Source: Squalus acanthias (lineage: Eukaryota). From it: DNA of 64,000 bases. The notes under the pieces are model-generated. The model was not told the DNA's origin. It saw only the letters and a list, made by a program, of their open reading frames with translations, and did not search any database. How positions within the stretch are numbered: position 1 is the first letter of the stretch; every line of letters begins with the position of its first letter. The position numbers and the translations under genes were made by a program. Shown piece by piece: positions 1-11,896 of the stretch. The stretch is taken from NCBI GenBank assembly GCA_030390025.1, contig CM059433.1, positions 111,290,001-111,354,000 on the forward strand, written 5' to 3'.

Positions 1-587
1 AGGAGAATTCTCCTCCATGATCCAGGCCGAAATCAGGCAGGACTGGGGCAAAGAAGCCAACTACCGTCTCATCGTCTGATCAGGATTTTACCTGGGACCA
101 CCGCTGCCCACTCCTTCCACACCCGCTAAATATAAATAGCAGTAGGGGCCAGGCAGGGCCATAGGTCCTGGTGGATATCGCTGCTCTCCGCCACACATAC
201 CACCACTTCCCAGGGTCCCATGTGGAAGGTGGCTTTAGGTCCCCAGATACAGCGGTAAATACAAAAATGAAGAGAGGGCCTTGTAGTGGCCTCTTCTCCC
301 TCCAGATGGCTCCTTAGTCTTACCTACTGAAGATCTCGGTCAGAATGTAATCTTTAATTCCCTCATCAGATCTTCATGTGCTACAGCAGTATTCCCAATC
401 CAGCACCAGTAGAGTTTTCTGACTGGCACTGGCGGGCTCCCTCTTGATGGTGAGAATCCTTCCAGGAGCCTGCTATTCCTCACTAATGAGCCCTAATCCA
501 ATAAAATGCGTCAGCGCTGAGGCAGACACGGAGGGATGGGCCCAAGTATTGCCAGGCCGAAATTACCCAAAGAGGAAAATCCAGACC
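1..587. mobile_element. old non-autonomous DNA transposon (Harbinger-type MITE), left end at or beyond window start
   Basis: GC-rich non-coding segment ending in GAAAATCCAGACC, which resembles the right TIRs of the other Harbinger MITEs in the window. Confidence 0.35.
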
Positions 588-1130
588 ATAATTTTTAATG
601 TCCAGACAATATGTCAATGCAATTAAAAAAGTAGGAATACATAGCCAGAACAGTAGGATACAAACCTACAGAAATTATGCTAAGCCTATACAATGAAATG
701 ATCAGAACACACAGAGTATTATGTTCATTTTTGATGTATGGAAGGACCCAATTGCATGGAAGTTTAATGGAGTAATCTGAATGTTGCTCCTTGTCTTCAT
801 GGTTGCTTAAAGGTGAGAGATGGGTCTGGATTCTGCCCCCCATCAACCTTCACTCACCTCTTCACCTAACATTATCTTCCTCTTTCAACACTTGGTTGTC
901 AGGGGAACTCACAAAAGGCAACCTTTGCAAACAATCAATCACCTTTAAAACTAACAACTACTCTATCACCTCTCACAGCCTGTCACCAGGGCCTCTGCTA
1001 GTTTCAAGGATACTTCATTTAAAGGGACTATGCACCAGCACCTCTCATCATCATGGGTTGCATGTGCTCATGTTGGATAAGTGTCCAAGTCATTCACATG
1101 CCTTCAGCATTGTCTTATCTCCTCCCAAAG

Positions 1131-1290
1131 GGAAAAGATTGCCTTTTACCATCAGCTGAGAAATGCAAGCGGAGAAGGAGCGCCATGAAAACACTGTGTC
1201 CACAGGAAGATGAGGCTTTAGATATCATAAACAGTCAGACAGGAGAGCCTCTTCGAGACAGCGAAGTTGGATGCGAGATGGCCCAGATCA
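1131..1290 (+). pseudogene. Harbinger Myb/SANT gene exon-2 remnant
   Basis: After an AG acceptor it reads EKIAFYHQLRNASGEG..LCPQEDEALDII (frameshifted), similar to EKIAHNKRGRAMTGGG..LTSAEEAANEIVG at 14257. Confidence 0.6.
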
Positions 1291-1383
1291 CCCATTAACC
1301 ACTTGGATGCATAGCTCCAAGTCATTGGAGCGGTCATGGTGGATTGTCACCTAATGAAAGCATCATGGTAGCTTCCTTGTTAT

Positions 1384-1900
1384 CTAGCATTGAAATGCAG
1401 GATTAACATTGTGCACTAGCTGCCCATTAATGGCATGAAAGACTATTCTGTTCATAAAATTGAGAGGGTTGTCATATGGGGCATTTAATGCCACTTGTGT
1501 TGCATCAATTGTACCATGCACCAGTGAGAACCTTGCCAGTCTGTACAACTGAATAGCTCTCTCTCTCTTTTTGTGTCTTCTTCCACTGTGAAGGTTGTGA
1601 ATAGTACCCCCCACCTGAATAGAGTACCAGTGGCCTTCTTGATGCAGTAGTAGGCTGATGCATGACTAATGTGGCAAAGATCACCTGGTGCTGCCTGGAA
1701 GGATCCAGATGCAAAAATATTCAAGGCAGCGGTGACCTCGGCTGGCACAGACAATGCTATTCGCCTGCTGGAAGTGGCTGAAAGTCATCAGACAGCAGTG
1801 ATATATTTTCCCAGTAGGATCCAGGGGAACGGCACTCTCCTGAGGCACTGACAGTCAGAAAAGCTTAAGTAAGACCTTCTTGGTCTATAGACCTTGGTAA
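1384..1900 (-). pseudogene. Harbinger (HARBI1-like DDE) transposase remnant
   Basis: Frameshifted pieces VYRPRRSYLSFSDCQCLRR, VTAALNIFASGSFQ..GDLCHISH and GTIDATQVALNAP..FHAINGQLV. Confidence 0.85.
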
Positions 1901-1984
1901 GTGGGTAACTAATGCAATTCACAAATATTGGGTCACATCTTTCTGAAAAAATAACAGTGTGTTGCTGATGCACGCCTTTATTAA

Positions 1985-3240
1985 TGCACAATTTCGCCAG
2001 CAAGTTCAAGGGATGAAGAGATACACCATGAGTTGCAAATCTTCGGAACTTGCTGGTTGATTTACTCTGCTCCGCCATTTGCCTCACACAAATGGCATCT
2101 CGCCCTCACCCCTCCAGTTATTTTTAAGACCTTGCTGGATTTGCACATTAGTTTTCCATTAAACTCACCACAGAAAATTAGGGCTCATAGGTATTAGCAT
2201 AAGTACCCTTTTAACAAGGTGATAATTGTTGATACAATGCCAATCAATTTTTCTGAGCCAGAAAGGGAACAATTTAAACAGTTCATTCTTGCATGTAGTA
2301 AATTTTTCTTTGAGATTTAAAACATTTCAAATTTTACATTTTTAATTTTTTTTTCTTAATTTTCCTTTCTATCTCTCTTAATTCAATCATTCTTTCCCTC
2401 TCTTTGGCCGAGGTTTTGCTCACCTCGTCGGGTCCAGTGCAGCTGGTGTTGGTGGTGGGTCACAGCCTAAACTGAACTTACCTCAATGGGGCTTGTTAAG
2501 CCCGCCCAACAAGTTTCCTGGCCCAATTAGATGGAGCGAGTCTGGTGACGTCATTCATGACGCTTCTTGAGTCGGTTTCCTTAAAGGGACCATGGCCACT
2601 TTATTTTTGACGTTTGTGCTGTCAGTGCTCTGCAGCATTGAAGTGCTGCAAACACTGGCAATCACTGCACAGAGGTGCAGGGCTGTACCCATGTTCTCGC
2701 ATGACTCCCTCCATATGTGAAGTTGAGATGACAGAAGCGATCGGTCAATGGTGCGAGGGGTTGTTCCAATGAGGTGACACTGGATGGAGAGTTTGCTCCA
2801 AGCACTTGCAGCCTGCATAAAGCTCGATCTGTGTTCCAAATGGAGCATGCAACAGCTTCTGCACTTGGAAAATTTCAAGCTATCAACTAATTCAACAAGC
2901 CAATAATTGCGTCGCCCGCTTCTGCGGGTCAAGTCCAATCCGAGATCACAGACGCGCCATTTGGAAAGGCGCATTGCGGTGGGATGATTTCCCACCCGAC
3001 CCGCCTCACCTCTGATCCTGCTCACTGACTCCCTGGAAAATTCCGGCCACTATTTCTCTTTCTATACCTGACTTGACTCTATTTCACCCTCCTTTTCCAT
3101 CATTTCTCTGTTTCTTTTTCAATCCTTAAAATCTTTTTGGTTAAAGGAGATAGATTTTTGGTTGCATCGCTCGCTAAGGTCCTGTTGCCTTCCAGCAAGT
3201 TTCAAGTATCTGCAAAATGTCCCACTCCAGCAAGATTTGG
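1985..3240. mobile_element. old interspersed element, same family as 58740-60327 in opposite orientation, interrupted by a MITE
   Basis: 2240-2405 joined to 3050-3075 matches the reverse complement of about 59880-60075. Confidence 0.55.
2406..3048 (+). mobile_element. Harbinger MITE (GGCC-TIR group) retaining the Myb promoter and first codons
   Basis: TIRs GGCCGAGGTTTT / AAAATTCCGGCC; CRE at 2546; AQRCRAVPMFSHDSLHM resembles the Myb N-terminus; homologous to 40440-40731 and 58959-59290. Confidence 0.75.
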
Positions 3241-3264
3241 CCTAACATTGGAAATTTGTACATT

Positions 3265-3450
3265 AGTGAACCAGATGGATTTTTACAACAGTTTCATGAT
3301 TACCCATTACTGACACTAGTAATTTGTACAGATTTATTCAATTGAATTTAAATTCCCCAGCTGCTATGGTGGGATTTGAATGCATGTCTCTAGATCATCA
3401 AGTCCAGGACCTGTGGATTACTAGCCCAGTGACATTACCACTATGCTATG
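3265..3450 (-). mobile_element. tRNA-derived SINE, 5' part (same family as 31620-31995)
   Basis: Reverse strand has a tRNA-like head (TAGTGGTAATGTCACTGGGCTAGTAATCC..TTCAAATCCCACC) and a body matching 31620-31780. Confidence 0.65.
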
Positions 3451-5744
3451 GTAACACACATAAACAGTGTATGTAATTTTTGGAGAATACCCAAAGTTCT
3501 CAAATAATCCAAAAATGATTCTTGAGAGTAATAAATTTATGATTTGCATGGGCTCATGATAGCACATGTGAATTTACCAATTTACGGCATTTAGTACTTG
3601 TGTTGCAAGTAATTCTCAGAGTACATTAACCCCAGTCGGGTTATTCAAAATGCAACTCGATACCATGCTGGGACAGTTGATGTTCTACATGAGTCAGTTT
3701 CAATAGGTTGAATTGCTTTTTCTCATCCGTGACTTTTCTCATTTTCTTAGGTTCACTGAATCCAAGCAGAGTGGAAACAGAGAAATAACTGGGGCGTTGA
3801 TTGTAGTGCAATTCATTGATATTTATGACCAAGTAAGGATAAACATCTTGTTGTTGGAGGACTCATTTTCTTTTATTGACGATCTGACAAACTGATAATG
3901 AATGCTGGTGATAGTTAATCTCAAAATTTGGCTTGCATTCTAGACAAATTAGGAAAGCACAGCAGGGTGTATTTTATGAATTTGAGCTCCTGGTGCAGAG
4001 CTTTTTCCATTGGGAGCTGATATTGGGAATTCGGACGTGGCAGTCAGCTGGTCTCACATAATTTTCCACCAATTGATTGTAATGAACTAAACCCTAATGT
4101 GCATTCTAATGGACAAACGACTGCACCATAAACACTAATTAGTCAAATATACCTTAATGTGGATTAAATTGCCACCTTTTGCTGAGGCAGTGACCAACGA
4201 AGAACAACAGCCTCTTTACATCTGGTTCATGATCCAAAGCTGGCCAGGCAGTAACCTTAAGTGAACATACATGAATCTCCCGTAACATGACACCCTGAAG
4301 AGAAAATTGAAAAAAGAAAGGCTTACATTTATATCGGCCGCAGGACGTCCCAAATAGCTGCAACTGAACGCTGAGAAGAATAGTTCCAGAAAGATAACAC
4401 TTTGGATAGATAGAGCTGAGAGCACTCAGACCTCTTTTAAAGCAAAGTGCTGAGGAAATTGCATTCAACAGAACATGAACTCAACCATTTAATTAACATT
4501 CTACAGACTCCAAATACTCAGCACTCTAGCAACTATTGTTCAATGAAAAGAATTTTTTTTTTTCTGCAGGAGAGTGCAGTCAACATTTTTTTATTTGCCA
4601 AAAAATCGCAAGTACCCATGTTCTACCCCATAAGGCAAAGAGCAACGAGAAATAACGTCAGGAACGTCAGACTGTTTCTGATGGGTTGAAACTGACAGCC
4701 TGCTACTTCTTATTAACCCGGATGGAGGGAAAAAACAGTTATTTGCTTCATAGGCAAATGGTAATTAATCTTTACTGAGCAAGCTGTAATACAATTGGCA
4801 TAAAAAAATCTGCAAGTCATCTCTAGGCCGTTGGGATTATGTGTATCTCTTCCACTGCACACTGTTGGTGCTCAAATTCCATGAAGAACAGCATCTTTAT
4901 TTATGTTGTTATGCAGTTCTTCATGGCTGCACTGATGTTTTGTCATCAATAGCTAGCTATGTGGTGATTGCAAATGGGAAAGGTAAACTGTTCAAAGCAG
5001 GACGGTCTCAACTCATAAACTTCAGGCGCAAGATAATGTTCCCGATTGAGACTCGCAAATCTTGCTCACACTGGAAATTTCTACAATGGTCTATTGTGAA
5101 ATTGCAGAAATGATCTAAAAACAGATTCATGTGTAGTTACCTTTGATGCAGAACATATATGAGGTACACATGATAATTAACTGTACAATAAACGCAAGTA
5201 CACATAATCTAGGAACTAACCATGAGTGCACACAATGTACAACTGGCACATCCACAGTTATTTAAAAGTGACAATCATGGCTTTTATCCGTTAGATGTTG
5301 GGAGGCAGTCTGCATAAAGGGGCAATGTGAAACAAAAACATACTTCGGCCTGTACGGAAAGGCTAAGCTCGCAGCTCACCCACAGCCAGAGAAAGACAAA
5401 AAGCATCCAGCAGTCCCTTGCACCAGCTGACATTTGCCACTGACAGCTCCTTAAAAACCCATCTATTGAGGCAGTTCTCCGACCTCCACAGGCATTAACA
5501 CCACCTTTCTTATTACACTGCTGCCAAAGCCGTGGCGTCCTGCAGTGGCAGAGCTTTAATGCATGCCAAGTATGAACAGAGTCAATCTTTGTAACCAAGG
5601 CCTGCATGAAAGGACACCCGGCTGCCTGAGTGACACATATCTATTGGAGGTCACTGGCTCAGCAAAAGGCAACTTTGTTACTAGGGTAATACTTGAATCA
5701 GTCTGTTCTAGGAATGGAGAACGGAAAGGATTTGTTTCGGAAAG

Positions 5745-6180
5745 CAACAGTTGGTGGTTAAAATGAATAAACGAAGGAAATGGAAAAATGTGAATACAGA
5801 GGAGGACAAAAAACCATATAGGAGATTGAACAATGAGCTCAGGAGTGAGGCTGATAAGGCAAGAAAAATCTGTCTGAAGGGACTATGTGAGGAGTTAGAG
5901 GAGGCAAAGCTGATTTGTTGTATCAGAGAGGAGGAGAATGGATGAGAGTTAAAGCAATCAAAAATAAAGATGGACAACGATTGACTGACCCAATTGAAGT
6001 AAGAACAATGGCAAGAATATGTTGAAGAATTGTATGTCAAAGAGGAAAAGCCAGTTGACATTGAAATAAAAAAGGAAGAGGAGGTGCAAGTTGATTGTCT
6101 GCACCCTGAAGCCCTTGAGTGTGAAGGCCACAGGCATTGATGAGATTCCAGCAGAATTAATTAAAACTGTGGGAGAGGAG
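5745..6180 (+). mobile_element. RTE-clade LINE fragment 1
   Basis: KRRKWKNVNTEEDKKPYRRLNNELRSEADKARK..LCEELE and GIDEIPAELIKTVGEE; continues in frame at 9554. Confidence 0.8.
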
Positions 6181-6259
6181 GAACATTGGAACCTAGGAAC
6201 AGGAGTAGGCCATTTAGCCCCTCAAGCCTGTTCCGACATTCAATGAGATCATGGTTGAT

Positions 6260-7710
6260 TGTAAGGGATACTCTCCTGACCCTGCGTGTCTCGTGGCCTG
6301 TGAGGTTCACGCGGCTCTGTGCAGCCTGTATGTCAGTGCGGGTCTAGGCCTGGTCTCCAGCCAGTCTGGGAACACTAGACACCCCTGTGAGTGGTTCGAA
6401 TCACTCTCCCTTACGGTTCTAGACACTGGACTTAGATGCGAGAGCAGTAATGGAGATAAAACTCATGTAGACTTGGTTTGAACGGTACGAAATGGAAAAT
6501 CTTTATTGCATGATACTTAAAATTATGAAATACATGTCATATGCACAGATTAATGACAGTACAATCTTACAAACAGTTATAATCACTCTTAGGGAAACGA
6601 GGAACGACCAGCACAACGTAAATAGGGCACACATTACAAATATCCTTAAACTTTAAACCCTCCCCTATCAATAACTATCCTAAAACTAGCTTCGTAGGAT
6701 CCCGAGACTCATGCTCACCACTCGTAATAACTCGGAGAAATCCCGAATAGCTGATCGGATGTTTTCCACCGCAGCACCCACGTGTTGGTCAGGAGATCTC
6801 CTGGTCCCACTTGTTTACTGCTTCTGCTGCTCGGTCAGTCGGCTGGACCGTCCGCTGTAGTGAAGACCTCGTGGCGATGGATAAGGTCTTCTTCTCTTCT
6901 CCTCTCATCTCATCTCATCTCATCTCATCTCGGGCCTTTGGTTCCGCTGCCAGCTACCAACATAGGTCTTTGCAACAGTCTTTTACACAGGAGCAGCCAC
7001 GAGGTTACGAATCGACCGGATAAAACACAGGAGCAGCCACGATGATAACAGCAGCAAGCGGCAAGAGTCAAGAGCAAAAGAGCAAGAGAGCGAATGGACG
7101 GTTTGGGCCTGCAATTATAGTGCACAGTTCTTCCGTTTCCCGCCCAACTACAATGTCCATTCTTTTGTTTAAGGTTTGGCGCCCAAAAATGTCCTGTATG
7201 GGTGATCTCTGTCCTTAATGGGTTTCGGGGCTACTCCTGAATGTTTGAGTACCTGTTAATATTTCTCCCATTGTTAAATCGGTCGGTGTTCCCCCTGGAG
7301 GGGTTTGGGGCTTCCAAGTGTCCTGTATAACTACCTGCTAACGGCTCTCTCATCGTAGAGCCGTTGGGAGTTTACATATTAATGTCCTTTGGATGGGCCC
7401 TTGATGGCTTTCCTTTGTACCTGGGAGACCGATCCCAGTATCGATGTTTATACTGTAAACCCATAATGTCCTGTGTATTGTCTTCACTGTGCTGAATCGT
7501 TATCGATCCTGCAAAAATGTTTATTGGAACGCCATCTTGTCTGCCTGCCGAAAAGTCTCGAATGTTCTGTCACGCGGTGCGGCGGCCATTTTACAGGCTG
7601 CTTGTGTCCAATTTAAACCTGACAGCATTCCGCTGAAATAAAAGCTGTTTTGAACGAAACTTGTGTTTTCTCCTTATTAAAATGAAATCGCGATAATTGC
7701 GAATTCTACA
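6260..7710 (-). mobile_element. solo LTR (1451 bp), copy 1
   Basis: TGTA...TACA termini; interrupts the CR1 with GAT duplicated; minus-strand TATAA (7119-7115) and AATAAA (6507-6502); homologous to 25038-26712. Confidence 0.85.
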
Positions 7711-8107
7711 GATCTGTGACTTGACTCCATATACCTGCCTTTGCCCCATAGCCCTTAATACCCTTGGTTAACAAAAAATTATCAATCTGAGATTTAAAAT
7801 TAACAATTGATCTAGCATCAATTGCTGTTTGCGGAAGATAATTCCAAACTTCTACCACTCTTTGTGTGTAGAAGTGTTTCCTAATTTCACTCCTGAAATG
7901 TCTGGCTCTAATCTTTAGACTATGCCCCTTAGTCCTAGACTCCCCAACCAGCGGAAATAGTTTCTCTCTAGCTACCCTATCTTTTCCCTTAATATCTTGA
8001 AAACTTCAATCAAATCACCCCTTAACCTTCTAAATTCCAGGGAATACAACACTAGTTTGTGTAATCTCTCCCTGTAATTTAACCCCTGGAGTCCGGGTGT
8101 CATTCTG

Positions 8108-8551
8108 TCAGCCCGCTTGATTGGCACCCCATCCACCACCTTAAACATTCACTCCCTCCACCACCGGCATACCGTGGCTGCAGTGTGTACCATCGAGAAG
8201 ATGCACTGCAATAACTCGCCAAGGCTTCTTCGGTAGCACCTCCCAAACCCGCGACCTCTTCCACCTAGAAGGACAAGGGCAGCAGGTGCATGGGAACACC
8301 ACCACCTCCAAGTTTCCCTCCAAGTCACACACCATCCTGACTTAGAAGTATATCGCCGATCCTTCATCGTCGCTGGGTCAAAATCCTGGAACTCCCTCCC
8401 TAACTGCACTGTGGGAGTACCTTCACCACACAGACTGCAGCGGTTCAAGAAGGCGGCTCACCACCACCTTCTCAAGGGCAACTAGGGATGGGCAATAAAT
8501 GCTGGCATTGCCAGCGACGCCCTGATCCCATAAATGAATAATTAAAAAAAA
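8108..8551 (+). mobile_element. 3' end of a second CR1-group LINE family
   Basis: AARLIG..NIHSLHHRHTVAAVCTI ORF2 end plus a tail ending GGGATGGGCAATAAATGC and an A-run; homologous to 44100-44520. Confidence 0.85.
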
Positions 8552-9553
8552 CCTACGTTGCACTCCCTCCAAGGCCAATATATCCTTCCTAAGGTGTGGT
8601 GCCCAGAACTGCTCACAGTACTCCAGGTGTGGTCTATACATGGTTTTGTATAGCTGCAGCATAACTTCTACCCCTTGTATTCTAGTCCTCTAGATATAAA
8701 GGCCAGCATTCCATTAGACTTCTTGATTATTTTCTGTACCTGTTCATGACATTTTAATGATTTATGTACCTGGACCCCCAAGTCTCTTTGGACCACCACT
8801 GTTTTTAGCTTTTCACCATTTAGAAGCTATCCTGTTCTCTCCTTTTTAGGTCCAAAGTGGATGACCTCACATTTGTCTATATTGAAGTCCATTTGCCACA
8901 GCTTTTCCCATTCACTTAATGTATCAATATTTCTTTGTAATTTTATGCATTCATCTACACTGCCTACAATGCCACCTATCTTTGTGTCATCGGCAAATTT
9001 GGATATGTGGCTTTCTATCCCATCATCTAAGTCGTCAATAAATATGGTGAATAGTTGCAGTCCCAACACAGATCCCTGTGGGACACCACTAGTTACATCC
9101 TGCCAATTGGAGTACCTGCCCATTATCCCTACTCACTGTCTCCTGCCACTCAGCCAGTTTCCTAACTAGGTCAATAATTTGCCTTCAATTCATGGGCTTC
9201 AACCTTAGCTAACAGTCTCTTTTGAGGGACTTTATCAAATGCATTCTGGAAGACCATATAAATAACATGCATAGACATTCCCCTGTCCACTACTTTAGTC
9301 ACCTCTTCAAAAAATTCAATCAGGTTCATCAGGCATGACCTACCTTTTACAAATCCATGATCAGCTGAAAATTTTCAAGGTGTTCAGTCACCCTATCCTT
9401 AATTATAGACTCCAGTAATTTCCTGACAACAAACGTTAGACTAACTGGTCTATAATTCCCTGGTTTCCCTCTCTCACCATTCTTAAATAGCGGAGTGACA
9501 TGCGCAATTTTCCAATCTAAAGGAACGGTTCCTGAATTGAGAGAACCTTGGAG

Positions 9554-9800
9554 GCAATGAATGAACTCATTGATTTGTGTAAATTGATGTACTTAGAATG
9601 GGAATGGCAAGATGATTTCATGAAAATAATCATGATACCGCTGGAAAAATAGCAGAATGCTAGCAAATGTGATGAGTTTTGTGCCATTTGTACCAAATAA
9701 ATGGCTCAGATTATTTACAAGAAGGTTCACAGTAAAAGCGAAGCAATATCTTGGCAAAGATTAATTTGAATTTCACAGAATATGTGGAAAAGGAGTGGCC
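9554..9800 (+). mobile_element. RTE-clade LINE fragment 2 (RT N-terminal region)
   Basis: AMNELIDLCKLMYLECEWQDDFMKIIMIPLEK*QNASKCDEF directly continues fragment 1. Confidence 0.75.
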
Positions 9801-9805
9801 ATTTG

Positions 9806-9890
9806 TGTGTCAGCCGTGGCTCAGAGGTAGCACACTCTCCTCTGAGTCAAAAGGTTGTGGGTTTAAGTCCCACTCGAGAAACTTTGAGTA
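9806..9890 (+). mobile_element. tRNA-head fragment of a SacSINE1-like DeuSINE
   Basis: Matches the first ~85 bp of 29548-30012. Confidence 0.75.
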
Positions 9891-10021
9891 TCAGTCCTTT
9901 ATAGTGAAAAAGAAGTTGCTTCAGAAACAAGAGTGAAATCTACTAATTTGGCTTTTATTGGGGAAAGCCTTACGAAATGCCCATGTCAATTTCAAAGTTC
10001 ATACAGTACAATCATCATTAA

Positions 10022-10335
10022 GGGCAACACGGTGGCATAGTGGTTAGCACTGTTGCCTCACAGCGCCAGGGACCCGGGTTCGAATCCGGCCTTGGGTGAC
10101 TGTCTGTGTGGAGTTTGCACATTCTCCCCGTGTCTGCGTGGGTTTCCTCCGGGTGCTCCGGTTTCCTCCCACAGTCCAAAGATGTGCGGGTTAGGTTAAT
10201 TTGGCAATGATAAATTGACCCTTAGTGTTAGGGGGATTAAATACGTGGGGTTACGGGATAGGGTGGGATATGTGTGTTGGTGCAGGCTCGATGGGCTGAA
10301 ATGGCCTCTATCTGCACTGTGGGGATTCTGTGATT
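10022..10335 (+). mobile_element. HE1-like V-SINE, full length
   Basis: A box TGGCATAGTGG, B box GGTTCGAATCC, V-domain (GTGGAGTTTGCACATTCTCCCCGTGTCTGCGTGGGTTTCCTCCGGGTGCTCCGGTTTCCTCCCAC) and a CR1-like tail. Confidence 0.92.
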
Positions 10336-10479
10336 AATACAGTGCTGCAGGATGAACAGCAATGGACAGAGGGCAGAAGGAAAGTTACCCCAAACAGCTG
10401 CTTGATCTGCCCGAAATAACCGGCCCGCTTATTACAGTTTAAGTGCAGCCCTTGTAATTGACGCCTGTGGTTGATAACA

Positions 10480-11050
10480 AATGGTCAGCACCAATTCCCG
10501 ATACAGGCGGCTGTCTGGGATAAGCAGCGATGGTGTAAGTGGCAGGGACTGTCTCTGGGAAGTATAATGACTGAATATGACAGATGTGCCAATGAGGTGA
10601 GAGTTAGGATTACAGTGAAGAAAATTGCATTTAATAGAAGGAAGAGGACATTGACTGGACAACTGAATAGAGAATGAAAGAAAAGATGAGTGAAGAGTTT
10701 GATATGGTTTGCGGTGCTGAAACATGGATGTTGAGGAAAGAGGAGGTGTCTAGAGAGCTTTGAGTTGTGGGTTTGAAGATGTATGGAGAAAATTAAATGG
10801 ATAGACAAGAAACCTAATGAATGTTTGACTGATGTTGTTAGAAAAAGGCAAATGGATTGGATTGGGCATGTGCTGAGAGGGGATACGATCTTGAATGAGG
10901 TGTTAGAAAGATGGATGGAAGGAATAACACCAAGAGGGAGGAAAAGAAGGATCTGGACCACCTGGAAAATGAAAGATTGTATGGAGAATTGAAGAGAGAA
11001 GCACAAGGCAGAATGGTTTAGAAAATGGAGAACTGAGCCAGAGCCACTGA
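10480..11050 (+). mobile_element. RTE-clade LINE fragment 3 (C-terminal)
   Basis: LGSIMTEYDRCANEVRVRI, and MEKIKWIDKKPNE..RKRQMDWIGHVLRGD..MEG..PRGRKR. Confidence 0.8.
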
Positions 11051-11439
11051 TGATGATGAGTTGGTGGCATGCTGATTTGTACTGTTTAAAAAAAAAAAAT
11101 GTCATTATTGCCCAGGGCCTTTTGTAAAGATCTTTCTGCAGCTATCCTGCTATGAAATATGTTATTGTAATGAATTATGATGTAGAGCACTTAACATTGA
11201 ACCGATTCCATATTACTGGTGCGGTGTTGTGCTGTTTGATAGTGCAAAACCTGGCAGCAGTATTCCATAATTGGCAAGATGATTGCGACATCGACCTTGC
11301 AGCAGACAATTAGGGGTGATTCCTGTTTGTCTAAGTCATTTAATGATGTTCAAAAATCTGTTTACTTTAAACTGGTGATGTTTGTTCTACAATAAGATGT
11401 TTGATTTCCACATGCCTTCTGTTTGGCTCTTCAATTTTA

Positions 11440-11896
11440 AACAACAACACTTGCATGTGTACCGTGCTGTTAATGTAGAGAAACATCCCAAGGTGCGTCA
11501 CAGAGCCATAATCAAAAATGGCTTCCGAACCAAAGAAGGAGATACTAGGAGGGGGTGATCAAAAGCTTGGTCAAAGTGGCGGGTTTTAAAGGAGCAGAGG
11601 GAGGTGGAGAGACAGAGGGAATTCAGAGGGAAGGGCCTGAGCAGCTAAATGAATGGCCAGCAATGGTGGGTGAAGGGTAGTGGGATGCACAAGAGGCCGG
11701 AGTCAGTGGAACAGAGAATTTGGTGTAACTGGAGGTTGAGGTTGTTGTAGGGCTGGAAGAAGTTCCGTAGATAGGGAGGGGTGATGCCATGAAGGGATTT
11801 AAAGATGAGGATGAGAATTTTAAATTTGCAGCGTTGGGGGAACTGAGAGCCAATTTACGTCGATGATGACAAGGGGTGATGAGCGAGCAGGACTTG
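11440..11896 (-). mobile_element. L2 LINE 3' end, split by a Harbinger insertion
   Basis: Reverse-strand L2 tail with a (TTG)n end; sequence resumes at about 15105 (GACTTG|..TGGTGTGGGTTA). Confidence 0.75.

Larger units (their letters stand above)
6181..9553 (-). mobile_element. CR1 (HER1-like) LINE, 5'-truncated, interrupted by a solo LTR and another CR1 tail
   Basis: RT motifs GVPQGSVLG, KFADDTK and [19 protein letters not shown]; CR1 3' tail at 6181-6259. Confidence 0.92.

Noticed and set aside
4917-4982. Host coding exon (AG..GT bounded, LHGCTDVLSSIASYVVIANGK); similar candidates at 28680, 41971 and 52737
   Set aside because: No recognisable protein similarity and no consistent exon chain; cannot be supported without RNA-seq
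10022-10095. tRNA genes (also at 29548 and 18530)
   Set aside because: The A/B boxes are SINE heads that continue into SINE bodies
10485-11105. 206-aa ORF (and 34360-34962, 200 aa)
   Set aside because: Antisense shadows of the RTE and Myb coding remnants
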